This document shows positions 11,179-20,746 of a stretch of 64,000 nucleotides of DNA, piece by piece. Below the pieces are notes generated by a model. That model worked only from the letters and a program-made list of their open reading frames with translations. It was not told where the DNA came from and searched no databases. Origin of the DNA: Spirochaetaceae bacterium. Lineage in GTDB: Bacteria > Spirochaetota > Spirochaetia > DSM-2461. The stretch is taken from NCBI GenBank assembly GCA_965224705.1, contig OZ245056.1, positions 1,280,001-1,344,000 of the forward strand. Direction: 5' to 3'. The position numbers and the translations under genes were made by a program. Numbering within the stretch: the first letter of the stretch is position 1; each line of letters begins with the position of its first letter.

Positions 11179-14100
11179 AAATAGGTCAGTTTTCAGTTAA
11201 AAATCCAGTTCTCATCAATATTATTATGTTTGCATTACTCGTTATGGGAACTATTACCCTTTTTAGAATTCCCAAGGAATTGTTTGCTGAAGTACCGTTT
11301 TATTTTGTTGTAATACAGGTTCCCTGGCCAGGTGTATCAGCCCAGGAAGTGGAGCAGCAACTGACGATTCCAATAGAAAATGAAATGCAGGGCCTGGATG
11401 ATCTGGATTCTGTTACCTCCTTCAGTACTGAAGGTATTTCCATCGTCAGTGTTCGATTTAATGATGGTATAAGCAGGAATCGTTTCGATAAGCTTACAAC
11501 GGATGTGAATAATCGGTTTTCGAAGGTTTCCCTGCCGGATGATACAATAGATCCTTCTGTCGATACATTTTCCTCCAATGACTTTGCTCCTGTTATTGAA
11601 ATAATTCTTTCTGGAAACGTCGGTTATGAAGAACTAGTTAAAACAGCAGAAGTGCTTGAAAGTCCATTGCTTCGAATACCGGAAGTCGATGATATAGATC
11701 TTATCGGTGTTAGAGACAGGCAAATTGTTCTTTCAACAGACCGGGCGGCCCTTGAATCACGGAGTATTTCCCTGAATGAAATGCTTCAGGCCATCAAGTC
11801 GCGCAATGTCAATGTTCCAGGAGGAACATTGAAAACGAATACTCGAAATTATCTTGTGCGTACCATGGGTGAGATAGATGAAATTGAAGACTTCGGCGAT
11901 GTCGTTATCCGCCGAACAGCGGATATCAATGGTTCAGTCAGGGTCAGGGATGTTGCAGAAGTCATGGATGAGTATGATCCGGATGGATCTCAAGTTCGTT
12001 TCGATGGCGATACCGCTGTTATGCTCAGAGTAATAAAGATCCCCAGTGGGGGTTCTATAAGAATTATAGAATCTGTAAAAGAAGTGATGAATGAATGGGA
12101 TGACAGAATTCCCAATGATATAAAAGTGAGTTATCTCAATGACTCATCGGTTTATATTAAATCCAGCATGAAAATACTGCTGATTAATGCCTTGATTGGA
12201 TTGATCTTTCTTATTGTGATTCTGCTCATTTTCATTGGATTCAGGAATGCAATAATCACAGCACTGGGTATTCCTGTCACATTTGCTATTACATTGATCA
12301 TCCTGGAACTGACGGGTCAAACTTTTAATACGAACACTCTTTTCGGCATGATTCTTGTTTTAGGACTTGTTGTGGATCATGCTATTGTCATCATTGAGAA
12401 CAGTTTTCGTTTTCGTCAATTGAATCTCAATCGACATGATGCGGCAATAAGGGGAACCAACCAGGTAGCCATACCGGTTATTGCAGCCACAGCAACCACA
12501 GTTGCGGCGTTTCTTCCACTCATGATACTGCCGGGAGTAATGGGGAAGTTTTTAAGGGTAATTCCATTCACGGTAACCATCGCACTTGTCGCTTCTACAG
12601 CGGAAGCTCTTCTGTTTTTACCATCGCATTATGCTGATTGGCCCGAAGGCCGGAAGACAAAACTGGAAGGAAAAATATTCAAAGCATTCCGTTCCCGATT
12701 TCGCCGCCTTTCAGCCAAAACATACAGATGGAAAAAACTGACGGTACTGCTTACAATTCTTTTCATGTTTGCATCTTTTGGATTGATTCCTTTACTTCAG
12801 CAGGATTTATTCAGTGATGAAGATATTGCCACGTTTTATGTAGATTGCACAATGTCCCCGGGTACACCCATCCATAAAACCAATCAGGTTATCAGCAAGT
12901 TTGAGGAAAGACTTCTCCCGTTAGTTGGGAATGGGGAAGTAAAGGCCATTACAACATCCGTGGGTTTCATGGCGGGAGAAACAGGAAACTCAGAGGGGGC
13001 TTCCGTTGCCCAGATTTCAGTGTTCCTTGTTGAAAAAGACCAGGGAAGGGAGCGTTCCGTTTCCACGATTCTTGCCGAGGTAGAAGAATTAACGAATGAT
13101 ATACTGGGGCCGGAAAAAGTTCTTTACAGAAAAATCAATAGCGGACCACCAACAGATCCCCCTGTGTCGTTCAGAATCTTCGGTAACAGCTATGATGATC
13201 TTCTGGTTGTAGCGGATCGCATACGAAGTGAACTGGCTGAGGAAGAAGAAATTTTTAACATCCAGGACAATTATGAGATGGGCTCCCAGGAAATGGTAAT
13301 CCAGGTGAATGAGGAAAGGGCCACATCATTTGGACTATCAGTTTCATCCGTCGGGCAGTATATCCGCTCCTCAGTGGAAGAAATTAAGGCGACAACTTTC
13401 TTTAAAGACAACGAAACAATAGATGTAATCGTCAGATTTTCTGATGCAGGAAACTATGATCCCAGTTTTTTGAGCCAGTCAAGAATCATCTCCCCAAAGG
13501 GTATAGCCGTTCCTTTATCTGCGGTTGCAGAAGTGATAAGCGGGGATTCACTTGCTTCAATCAAGCGTTTCGATGGGCGCCGCGAAATAACTGTTACAGC
13601 GGATGCGTATTCTAAAAGAAACGTTCCCTCCATCAACGAGCGGGTAAAGGAGATCTGGTCAGCAGAGTATTCCAGCCGCTACCCAGATGTCGAATTAACC
13701 GTTGGCGGAGAATTCGCAGAATTCAACAATCTTCTGATCAAAATCGCCCGATTATTTCTGGTTGGTATCTTCCTGATATATATCATCCTTGGTACTCAGT
13801 TCAGGAGCTATTTACAGCCATTTCTTATTATGTTCTCTGTTCCGCTGGCATTTTCAGGAGTTGTAATCTATCTCACAGTAACAGGAACTTTGTTCAGTAT
13901 TCCGGTTCTCTATGCCGGTGTGGCACTGGCTGGAATTGCTGTCAATGACGCCATTGTTTTAATCAGCTTCATCAATGAGAAACGCCGAGAAGGCCTATCG
14001 GTTAAGGATGCAGTTCTGGACGCAGCAGAAACCCGTTTTCGCCCGATTCTGTTGACCAGTCTCACTACAATCGCCGGACTGGCTCCAACAGCATTTGGAA

Positions 14101-14261
14101 TCGGCGGAAAATCTATTTCATGGGGCCCCATGGCAGGAACAATAGTATTCGGACTGATTTTTTCAACTCTGGCAACCCTGGTCTTTATACCGGCATTTTA
14201 CGGAATGCTGTTTGATCGAAGTTCAAAGAAAAAGGTAGAATCAATTGAAACAACAGCGTAA
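11175..14261 (+). CDS. RND efflux permease (AcrB/AcrD/AcrF family)
   Basis: 1028 aa, LVVDHAIVIIEN, RFRPILLTSLTT, 12-TM pattern with two large periplasmic loops. Confidence 0.95.
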   Translation: MKIGQFSVKNPVLINIIMFALLVMGTITLFRIPKELFAEVPFYFVVIQVPWPGVSAQEVEQQLTIPIENEMQGLDDLDSVTSFSTEGISIVSVRFNDGISRNRFDKLTTDVNNRFSKVSLPDDTIDPSVDTFSSNDFAPVIEIILSGNVGYEELVKTAEVLESPLLRIPEVDDIDLIGVRDRQIVLSTDRAALESRSISLNEMLQAIKSRNVNVPGGTLKTNTRNYLVRTMGEIDEIEDFGDVVIRRTADINGSVRVRDVAEVMDEYDPDGSQVRFDGDTAVMLRVIKIPSGGSIRIIESVKEVMNEWDDRIPNDIKVSYLNDSSVYIKSSMKILLINALIGLIFLIVILLIFIGFRNAIITALGIPVTFAITLIILELTGQTFNTNTLFGMILVLGLVVDHAIVIIENSFRFRQLNLNRHDAAIRGTNQVAIPVIAATATTVAAFLPLMILPGVMGKFLRVIPFTVTIALVASTAEALLFLPSHYADWPEGRKTKLEGKIFKAFRSRFRRLSAKTYRWKKLTVLLTILFMFASFGLIPLLQQDLFSDEDIATFYVDCTMSPGTPIHKTNQVISKFEERLLPLVGNGEVKAITTSVGFMAGETGNSEGASVAQISVFLVEKDQGRERSVSTILAEVEELTNDILGPEKVLYRKINSGPPTDPPVSFRIFGNSYDDLLVVADRIRSELAEEEEIFNIQDNYEMGSQEMVIQVNEERATSFGLSVSSVGQYIRSSVEEIKATTFFKDNETIDVIVRFSDAGNYDPSFLSQSRIISPKGIAVPLSAVAEVISGDSLASIKRFDGRREITVTADAYSKRNVPSINERVKEIWSAEYSSRYPDVELTVGGEFAEFNNLLIKIARLFLVGIFLIYIILGTQFRSYLQPFLIMFSVPLAFSGVVIYLTVTGTLFSIPVLYAGVALAGIAVNDAIVLISFINEKRREGLSVKDAVLDAAETRFRPILLTSLTTIAGLAPTAFGIGGKSISWGPMAGTIVFGLIFSTLATLVFIPAFYGMLFDRSSKKKVESIETTA

Positions 14262-15024
14262 CAGTCGACATTATCGAATATGGCCAGTATTTTTGATTTT
14301 TTTCCCCATTTTTGAAGTCTTTGCCCATGATACTCCAGCGGTGGATTTATCAGATACTGATCAGATAGCAGTTGAAACCGGAATGGCTCTTTTTGAGCGG
14401 GCCAGTAATGAGGTCTGGGCGAACAATGCCCCTCTTGAGAGCACGATGACTCTTCTTGATCATGCGGAAGAGAGCTTTTCTGCTCTAAGAGACAATGCTG
14501 CGAAAAATTACTTTCTTGCTCAGGTGGAAATCTATCGAGGGAGGATCACCTATATAACGTCAACGAAATCAAGGGCCCGCCCATATTTTTCGAGGGCGAT
14601 GGAGCTGGCCGAGGAATCTGTCAATGAAAGGGAGAGTTCTGACGGCTACAGGGTTCTTGCCTCGGCCGGGGCTTCCTGGATGTCAACAAAAGGCCTGGCA
14701 GGTATAATGGAGATGAGCCAGAAAGTAAAGGAGTGGTCGGATACAGCCCTGGAAATCGATCCTCGAAATGCCCTGGCAGCGGTAATCAATGCCCAGGGAC
14801 TTATCCATGCGCCCAGATTTGCAGGCGGAGATCCAGAAGAGGCCATACGCCGATTATCCATTCAACTCAGGCGGCAGGATCTCTCTGATATTGAACGATT
14901 TCAAACCCTTCTGGGATTAGCCCAGGCCCACAAAAAACTTCGACAGAACGAAGATTTTCTTTTGCGATGTAATGATGCCAGACTGATTTTCCCTGAGAAT
15001 CGTATGCTGAAAGCCTGTAAGTAG
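14245..15024 (+). CDS. Secreted helical/TPR-like hypothetical protein
   Basis: Signal-peptide-like N-terminus, helical repeats (ALEIDPRN), overlaps the RND permease stop. Confidence 0.65.
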   Translation: MKQQRNSRHYRIWPVFLIFFPIFEVFAHDTPAVDLSDTDQIAVETGMALFERASNEVWANNAPLESTMTLLDHAEESFSALRDNAAKNYFLAQVEIYRGRITYITSTKSRARPYFSRAMELAEESVNERESSDGYRVLASAGASWMSTKGLAGIMEMSQKVKEWSDTALEIDPRNALAAVINAQGLIHAPRFAGGDPEEAIRRLSIQLRRQDLSDIERFQTLLGLAQAHKKLRQNEDFLLRCNDARLIFPENRMLKACK

Positions 15025-15028
15025 AATT

Positions 15029-15075
15029 GAGTGTCCGAAAGCCTGTAGAGATGAAATGAAGAGACCGCCTCTACA
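15029..15075. repeat. Solo end of family B element
   Basis: GAGTGTCCGAAAGCCTGTAGAGATGAAATGAAG...GCCTCTACA is nearly the reverse complement of 59206-59250. Confidence 0.7.
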
Positions 15076-15094
15076 GATGATGGTGAAAGAGAGA

Positions 15095-16597
15095 CTAATC
15101 CGGCAGTCTATCACTCACTTCTGTTATATCTCTTAAATCCTCCGCTGTTTTTTTGCTTATTTCATCTTTTGATATCCGCCAGGTCCAGTTTCCATGAGAT
15201 GTTCCAGGTGTATTGAATCGAGCGTCACTTCCCAGACCTGAAATGTCCTGTATGGGTATTACAGCCAGATTTGCAGCAGATTTCATTGCCGCGAGTACGA
15301 TGGCTTTTGCAAATTCCCTGCTGCTGATATCAGAAGACAGCTTCAAGTACTTTTGTGCGGTTAATCTATTGGACTCGGAAGTAGAATCATACCATCCGGC
15401 ACAGGTGTCATTGTCATGAGTTCCTGTGTACACAATACAGTTCTGGGTGTAGAGATGGGGAAGGTAGTTGTTTTCTTCGGATGAATCAAAGGCGAATTGG
15501 AGAACTTTCATGCCGGGAAAGTCAAATTCCTTCATCAGTGCAGTGACGTCTTCGGTAATTATGCCCAGGTCTTCAGCGATGATGGGAGGAGTTCCAAGGA
15601 CATCTCTAACATGTTGAAAGAGTTTTTGTCCCGGGGATGGAATCCACGTACCATTAACGGCGGTTTGTTCTCCGCAGGGGATGGCCCAACAGGCAGCAAA
15701 ACCCCGAAAATGGTCGATTCTTAAAACATCGTATTGTTCCAGTTTGTTTTTTAAGACTGATATCCACCAGGAAAAATTGTTTTCTTCCATAGTTTCCCAG
15801 TTGTACAGGGGATTGCCCCACCGCTGACCTGTTGCACTGAAATAGTCTGGCGGTACTCCGGAGACAAGGGTTGGACTTCTGTTTTGATCAAGAAGGAAGA
15901 GTTCTGGCCGGGACCAGCAGTCAGAAGAGTCACTGGATACAAAGATGGGCTGGTCACCAATGATTTTTATTCCCCTGCTGGAAGCCGCTTTTTTAATTGT
16001 CTTCCACTGCTTATCGAAGATATACTGTATAAAGGAATGATATTCAACAGAAGGGGAAAGTTTTTCCCTCATGGAATCGATGGCTGATGGTTCTTTGAAC
16101 CTGAGTGATTCTGGCCATTGATCCCATGGCTGTCCACCCTGGTTCGTTTTGATGGCCATAAACAGGCAGTAGTCATCAAGCCAGGAGGCATTTTTCTCCC
16201 GGAAGCATTTAAAATCAGCGGACTCTACTACTTCGCTGGACTGCTGCCAGGCCTTGTAAAGAATCGCTGCTTTCAATGGGATGAGTTTTCCATAGTCAAC
16301 CCTCCCCGGCGGAAATCTGGAAAGAGAAACCAGGTCATTTTTTTCCAGAAGTCCCAGCTCAATGAGATTTTCAAGGTCGATAAGATTTGGATTTCCGGCA
16401 AAGGCACTGAAACCCTGATATGGAGAGTCTCCATATCCTGTTGGAACAAGAGGACAGATTTGCCAGTAGCTTTGTCCGGCTTCCTGGAGCCAATCCAGGA
16501 ATACATGGGCTTGTTTACCAAGTGTTCCTATACCAGACTGACCCGGAAGGGCTGTGGGATGAAGGAGAATGCCACTTCTGCGAGGGAAATTGCTCAT
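15095..16597 (-). CDS. malQ: 4-alpha-glucanotransferase (GH77)
   Basis: RRSGILLHPTALPG, GDSPYQ, GVPPDYFSATGQRWGNP, LRIDHFRG, IAEDLG, YTGTHDNDT. Confidence 0.96.
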   Translation of the reverse strand: MSNFPRRSGILLHPTALPGQSGIGTLGKQAHVFLDWLQEAGQSYWQICPLVPTGYGDSPYQGFSAFAGNPNLIDLENLIELGLLEKNDLVSLSRFPPGRVDYGKLIPLKAAILYKAWQQSSEVVESADFKCFREKNASWLDDYCLFMAIKTNQGGQPWDQWPESLRFKEPSAIDSMREKLSPSVEYHSFIQYIFDKQWKTIKKAASSRGIKIIGDQPIFVSSDSSDCWSRPELFLLDQNRSPTLVSGVPPDYFSATGQRWGNPLYNWETMEENNFSWWISVLKNKLEQYDVLRIDHFRGFAACWAIPCGEQTAVNGTWIPSPGQKLFQHVRDVLGTPPIIAEDLGIITEDVTALMKEFDFPGMKVLQFAFDSSEENNYLPHLYTQNCIVYTGTHDNDTCAGWYDSTSESNRLTAQKYLKLSSDISSREFAKAIVLAAMKSAANLAVIPIQDISGLGSDARFNTPGTSHGNWTWRISKDEISKKTAEDLRDITEVSDRLPD

Positions 16598-17148
16598 AGT
16601 GTCTGCTCTTCCAATCTGGAGACAGTATCGGAAAAGATCTCAAAATTCGATTCAGAGAAGAATACTAACGTAATCTTTTCAGGTAGATGATGTTTGAGAA
16701 TCCAATCTGTTAGAACAGACCAGACGACTGCTGCCGCTTTGTCATGGGGGTAGCCATACACACCTGTGGAAATTGAAGGAAAGGCCAGCGTTTTCATACC
16801 CGTTTCGGCTGCCTTTTCAAGAGAGTTTCGATAGGCATCGGCCAGAAGTTTATCCTCGCCTTTCTTTCCTCCAGACCATACCGGCCCAACAGTATGAATG
16901 ACATATCGACAGGGCAGGTTTCCGGAACCAGTTACAACGGCCTGACCGACAGGGAGCCCCGCACGCAGTGTTGAGTTCCTCAATTTGCGGCATTCATCCA
17001 GTATGGCTGAACCGCCCGCACGATGAATGGCACCATCCACCCCTCCTCCCCCCAGAAGGGAGGAATTGGCAGCATTAACAATGCCATCCCCCTGAAAAAC
17101 TGTTATATCACTTATCAAAGCTTCCAATCGCCCATCATACCATTTCAT
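16594..17148 (-). CDS. Macrodomain protein (O-acetyl-ADP-ribose deacetylase, YmdB-like)
   Basis: IVNAANSSLLGGGGVDGAIH, VIHTVGP, AFPSISTGVYGYP. Confidence 0.92.
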   Translation of the reverse strand: MKWYDGRLEALISDITVFQGDGIVNAANSSLLGGGGVDGAIHRAGGSAILDECRKLRNSTLRAGLPVGQAVVTGSGNLPCRYVIHTVGPVWSGGKKGEDKLLADAYRNSLEKAAETGMKTLAFPSISTGVYGYPHDKAAAVVWSVLTDWILKHHLPEKITLVFFSESNFEIFSDTVSRLEEQTL

Positions 17149-17229
17149 AAGACATTACTCCTGAAAGATACTGACATGAAAATGGATATTGATCCATTCA
17201 GAGAATCATGATAAATTGTTTTTATCTCT

Positions 17230-17303
17230 GGGGGGTTAGCTCAGTTGGCTAGAGCGGTTGGTTCGCAATCAACAGGTCGTCGGTTCGAATCCGATATCCT
17301 CCA
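17230..17303 (+). tRNA. tRNA-Ala(CGC)
   Basis: Cloverleaf GGGGGGT/ATCCTCC with G3:U70 Ala determinant, anticodon loop TT-CGC-AA, TTCGAAT T-loop. CCA not encoded. Confidence 0.93.
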
Positions 17304-17415
17304 ATTTGGAAAGTTGTCCATGACAACAAGTCATCCCTTTCACATTGCTGGTTGCTCCCATGTTTGTTTGCACAGCTGATTGAATTGACCGTGACAGATG
17401 AAGGAAGCAGATCAG

Positions 17416-18243
17416 ATGCAGGAAAACGATAGCCCATTACTATTACAGGAAATCAGCCGCTACATATATGAACAAAGTGGAATTTATTTTTCAGATCTGA
17501 ATATGGTTCTTTTAAAAAGTAAACTGAAAGAACGCTTAAAGATCTTGAACAACGAAACAGTAGCGGCGTATCTTGACCGATTACAGACGGATAATGAAGA
17601 ATTAATAGACTTTCTGGATGCGATTACAACGAATCTTACCAGCTTTTTCAGAAATACAGGCCATTACAAGACATTTGTACAATATGTTATTCCCAAACTG
17701 ATTGAGCAGAAGCCCCTGTCACACAGCTATCATGTAAGGCTGTGGAGTGCCGGTTGTTCTACAGGGGAAGAATCCTATACAAGTGCCATGGTTCTCCAGG
17801 AACATCTGCCAGCCCACTGGACATTTGATGTGATTGCCTCTGACCTCAGCCTGAAATCGCTGGAAATAGCGCAAAATGGATTCTATCCTGAATCGAAATT
17901 GAAAAAAGTGCCTGAAAACTACCGTGAGAAATACTTTGTTCACCATGATGAAGGCTGTGCCGTGAAGGATTTCATCAAAAAGAAGGTAACATTTGATTAC
18001 CATAACCTGAACTTTGAATCAGGATATCGAAACTTTGATGTCGTATTCTGCCGCAATGTATTAATCTACTTTGACAATAACTCTCAGAGAAATCTGATCA
18101 ACCATATATGGAAGACAATGTCAGATCTTTCTTACCTGTTTATAGGACATTCTGAATCGTTATTCGGAATGGATACATCGTTTGAGTACATTGAAACTGA
18201 TAACGGATGTTTGTACAAAAAAATTGTCCCTGAGGAGAATTGA
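17416..18243 (+). CDS. cheR: Chemotaxis protein methyltransferase
   Basis: TTNLTSFFRN, LWSAGCSTGEESY, FDVVFCRNVLIYF, IGHSESL. Start may instead be 17398. Confidence 0.93.
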   Translation: MQENDSPLLLQEISRYIYEQSGIYFSDLNMVLLKSKLKERLKILNNETVAAYLDRLQTDNEELIDFLDAITTNLTSFFRNTGHYKTFVQYVIPKLIEQKPLSHSYHVRLWSAGCSTGEESYTSAMVLQEHLPAHWTFDVIASDLSLKSLEIAQNGFYPESKLKKVPENYREKYFVHHDEGCAVKDFIKKKVTFDYHNLNFESGYRNFDVVFCRNVLIYFDNNSQRNLINHIWKTMSDLSYLFIGHSESLFGMDTSFEYIETDNGCLYKKIVPEEN

Positions 18244-19377
18244 GTGAATTCTATAAAAGTACTCATCGTTGATGACTCTGCATTGATGCGGGGAATTATT
18301 GTAAAAATGCTGGAAAAAGATAAGGCAATCACTGTTTCCGCCGTGGCAACAAATGGCATGCATGCACTGCGAAAAATGCAATACCACTCTCCAGATGTCA
18401 TAATACTTGATCTGGAGATGCCGGAACTTGACGGTATTGGATTTCTAAAGGAAAGAAAGAAACGCAATTGGAACATCCCGGTCATAATCCTTTCTTCGCT
18501 GGCAAAAAGAGGGGCTGCAATCACCATTGAGGCCCTGGCCCTTGGCGCATCAGATTTTGTAACAAAACCAGCAGGTACAAAGCCGAATGAAATAAAAGCA
18601 ACTGAGACAATACTCCTTGATATGGTAAAAGCATTGGGTAAAACGTACAGAAGGAAGCAAATTGATTCAGGCCATTCCTCAAGTCTTATGGATAAGGAAG
18701 AAGAGGGAAATCAAGACCAGGGAACCGCCTCCTACCCTCAATGGCCTGCATTGAAGCCCATCACGCCATTTGGAACTCCAAGAATAATTGTTATCGGAAT
18801 CTCTACTGGAGGACCTGATGCACTCAGACAGCTTTTCAGTCGTATTTCACCTGATATCACGGTTCCGATTGTTGTTGTACAGCACATGCCGGCAGGTTTT
18901 ACTCATGAGTTTGCTAAAAGTCTTGACAGTATATGCCCCTTGAGAGTGAAAGAAGCTGAAAGCGGCGATCTCCTCAAAGCAGGCAGAGTTCTGATTGCTC
19001 CTGGTAATAAGCATATTATTGTTGAGAACCGTTCCCTTGGTACTATTGTACGAACAGAGGGCGGTGAAAAAAGAAATGGTCACAAGCCGTCGGTTGGTAT
19101 CTTGTTTGATTCCGTTGCCAAAACATTCGGGAATGCAGCCATCGCCGTCATTATGACCGGTATGGGTATAGATGGTTCCAGGGAAATTGGAAACATATAT
19201 GCGGAAGGTGGTATGACCATAGCCCAGGACGAAAAAAGCTCAGTTGTTTATGGGATGCCGATGGCAGCAGTCGCCCATGGATACATCTCCAGGGTAGAAA
19301 ACCTGGAAGGTATTATCAATGTGGTGAATGAACTGTGCAAATGCTCGCCTGACTCTCCTCGCTCCAGCCATCTATGA
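18244..19377 (+). CDS. cheB: Chemotaxis response regulator protein-glutamate methylesterase
   Basis: Receiver (IVDDS, LDLEMP) plus GISTGGP, VQHMP, MTGMGIDG, AQDEKSSVVYGMP. Confidence 0.95.
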   Translation: MNSIKVLIVDDSALMRGIIVKMLEKDKAITVSAVATNGMHALRKMQYHSPDVIILDLEMPELDGIGFLKERKKRNWNIPVIILSSLAKRGAAITIEALALGASDFVTKPAGTKPNEIKATETILLDMVKALGKTYRRKQIDSGHSSSLMDKEEEGNQDQGTASYPQWPALKPITPFGTPRIIVIGISTGGPDALRQLFSRISPDITVPIVVVQHMPAGFTHEFAKSLDSICPLRVKEAESGDLLKAGRVLIAPGNKHIIVENRSLGTIVRTEGGEKRNGHKPSVGILFDSVAKTFGNAAIAVIMTGMGIDGSREIGNIYAEGGMTIAQDEKSSVVYGMPMAAVAHGYISRVENLEGIINVVNELCKCSPDSPRSSHL

Positions 19378-19412
19378 GTACCTGAAAACAGCAAATTAAT
19401 GACGAAATTTCC

Positions 19413-19441
19413 GCCTGCCTGCGTGCAGTATACAGGCAGGC
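19413..19441. repeat. REP-like/terminator hairpin
   Basis: GCCTGCCTG-N11-CAGGCAGGC. Related hairpin CTGCCTG-CTG-CAGGCAG at 24761-24777, also just after a stop codon. Confidence 0.5.
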
Positions 19442-19452
19442 AAAAGCGAGTA

Positions 19453-19481
19453 TTGACAAATCATTGTTTGATCTGTATGCT
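19453..19481 (+). promoter_or_regulatory. sigma70 promoter
   Basis: TTGACA-17 bp-TATGCT, followed by AAGGGAGG SD. Confidence 0.7.
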
Positions 19482-19514
19482 GTAACCATAAAATAAAGCC
19501 CTTAGAAGGGAGGT

Positions 19515-20621
19515 ATGCTTATGGCAGAAGTGAATTTAAAGGATATCACCAAAATCTATGATGGTGGAATCAAAGCAGTCGACAAAGCCAACATTGATAT
19601 CAAAGATCAGGAATTTGTCGTTCTCGTCGGACCCTCAGGTTGTGGTAAATCTACAACTCTTCGGATGATTGCCGGTTTGGAAGATATTTCCGATGGCGAA
19701 TTACTTATAGACGGTAAATTGATGAATGATGAGGCCCCGAAAGACAGGGATATCGCCATGGTTTTCCAGAACTATGCACTCTACCCTCACATGTCCGTCT
19801 ATGAAAACATGGCATTTGGCTTGCGTATCCGCAAATTCCCAAAAGCAGAAATTGATGCTCGTGTAAAAGAAGCCGCTCAGATTCTTGACATTGAAGAACT
19901 CCTTGAGCGTAAACCGAAAGCACTCTCTGGCGGCCAGAGACAGCGTGTTGCGGTTGGGCGGGCCATTGTTCGAAAACCCAAGGTTTTTCTCTTTGATGAA
20001 CCTCTTTCCAATCTGGATGCCAAGCTTCGAGTGCAGATGAGGGCTGAAATCTCTTCACTGCATACACGACTGGAAGCAACCATGGTGTATGTAACCCATG
20101 ATCAAATTGAAGCTATGACGATGGGAGACAAAATTGTCGTGATGAAAAGCGGACTGATTCAGCAAATTGGGTCGCCATTAGAACTGTACAACAAGCCTGT
20201 CAATCGATTTGTTGCAGGATTCATGGGAACTCCCCCGATGAATATTGGAGTTGCGGACATCGTTGAAGAAAATGGAAAGATTATGGCCAAAGAAGAAGGA
20301 ATGGTTGTGGTCTTCCCAAAGAGCAGGCATGAATTGCTCAAACCCTATGTAGGAAAAAGAATTCTGCTGGGAGTCCGGTCAGAAGATCTCACTTTCACTA
20401 AGAAACCGACGGAAAACAATCTACGGGCATCAGTCACCGTAATTGAACCCCTTGGAAATGAAACGCATCTTTACCTGAATACGAAAGAGAATCAGTATAT
20501 TGCCCGGGCTCTTCCAGAGAATGAGTTCAACGTTGGGGATGAAGTGGATTTCACCCCCAGCATAGACAAGGTACATCTGTTTGATTACGAGACAGAGATG
20601 TCTCTTCTTCACTCCGAGTAG
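19515..20621 (+). CDS. Carbohydrate ABC transporter ATP-binding subunit (MsmX/MalK-like, stand-alone)
   Basis: GPSGCGKST, VFQNYALYPHM, LSGGQRQR, DEPLSNLDAKLR, TOBE C-terminus. Confidence 0.93.
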   Translation: MLMAEVNLKDITKIYDGGIKAVDKANIDIKDQEFVVLVGPSGCGKSTTLRMIAGLEDISDGELLIDGKLMNDEAPKDRDIAMVFQNYALYPHMSVYENMAFGLRIRKFPKAEIDARVKEAAQILDIEELLERKPKALSGGQRQRVAVGRAIVRKPKVFLFDEPLSNLDAKLRVQMRAEISSLHTRLEATMVYVTHDQIEAMTMGDKIVVMKSGLIQQIGSPLELYNKPVNRFVAGFMGTPPMNIGVADIVEENGKIMAKEEGMVVVFPKSRHELLKPYVGKRILLGVRSEDLTFTKKPTENNLRASVTVIEPLGNETHLYLNTKENQYIARALPENEFNVGDEVDFTPSIDKVHLFDYETEMSLLHSE

Positions 20622-20636
20622 AGTTTCTCGTTTTAC

Positions 20637-20710
20637 TACGCCCAAGAGGATTCGAACCTCTGACCCTCGGCTTAGAAGGCCGATGCTCTATCCAGCTGAG
20701 CTATGGGCGC
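20637..20710 (-). tRNA. tRNA-Arg(TCT)
   Basis: Reverse strand GCGCCCA-TA-GCTC...TCGGC-CT-TCT-AA-GCCGA...AGAGG-TTCGAAT-CCTCT-TGGGCGT-A. Confidence 0.95.
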
Positions 20711-20746
20711 TCAAAGCAGTCATTCTATAAAAATACCCTGGAAGTG

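Noticed and set aside
15007..15020. CTGAAAGCCTGTAA at the end of the TPR-like gene as another family B end
   Set aside because: It lacks the AGTGTC terminus, and is too short to separate from chance or a local duplication of the adjacent end.
17230..20710. cheR-cheB-ATPase block between two tRNAs as an integrated island
   Set aside because: No integrase, no duplicated tRNA 3' end, and the content is housekeeping.
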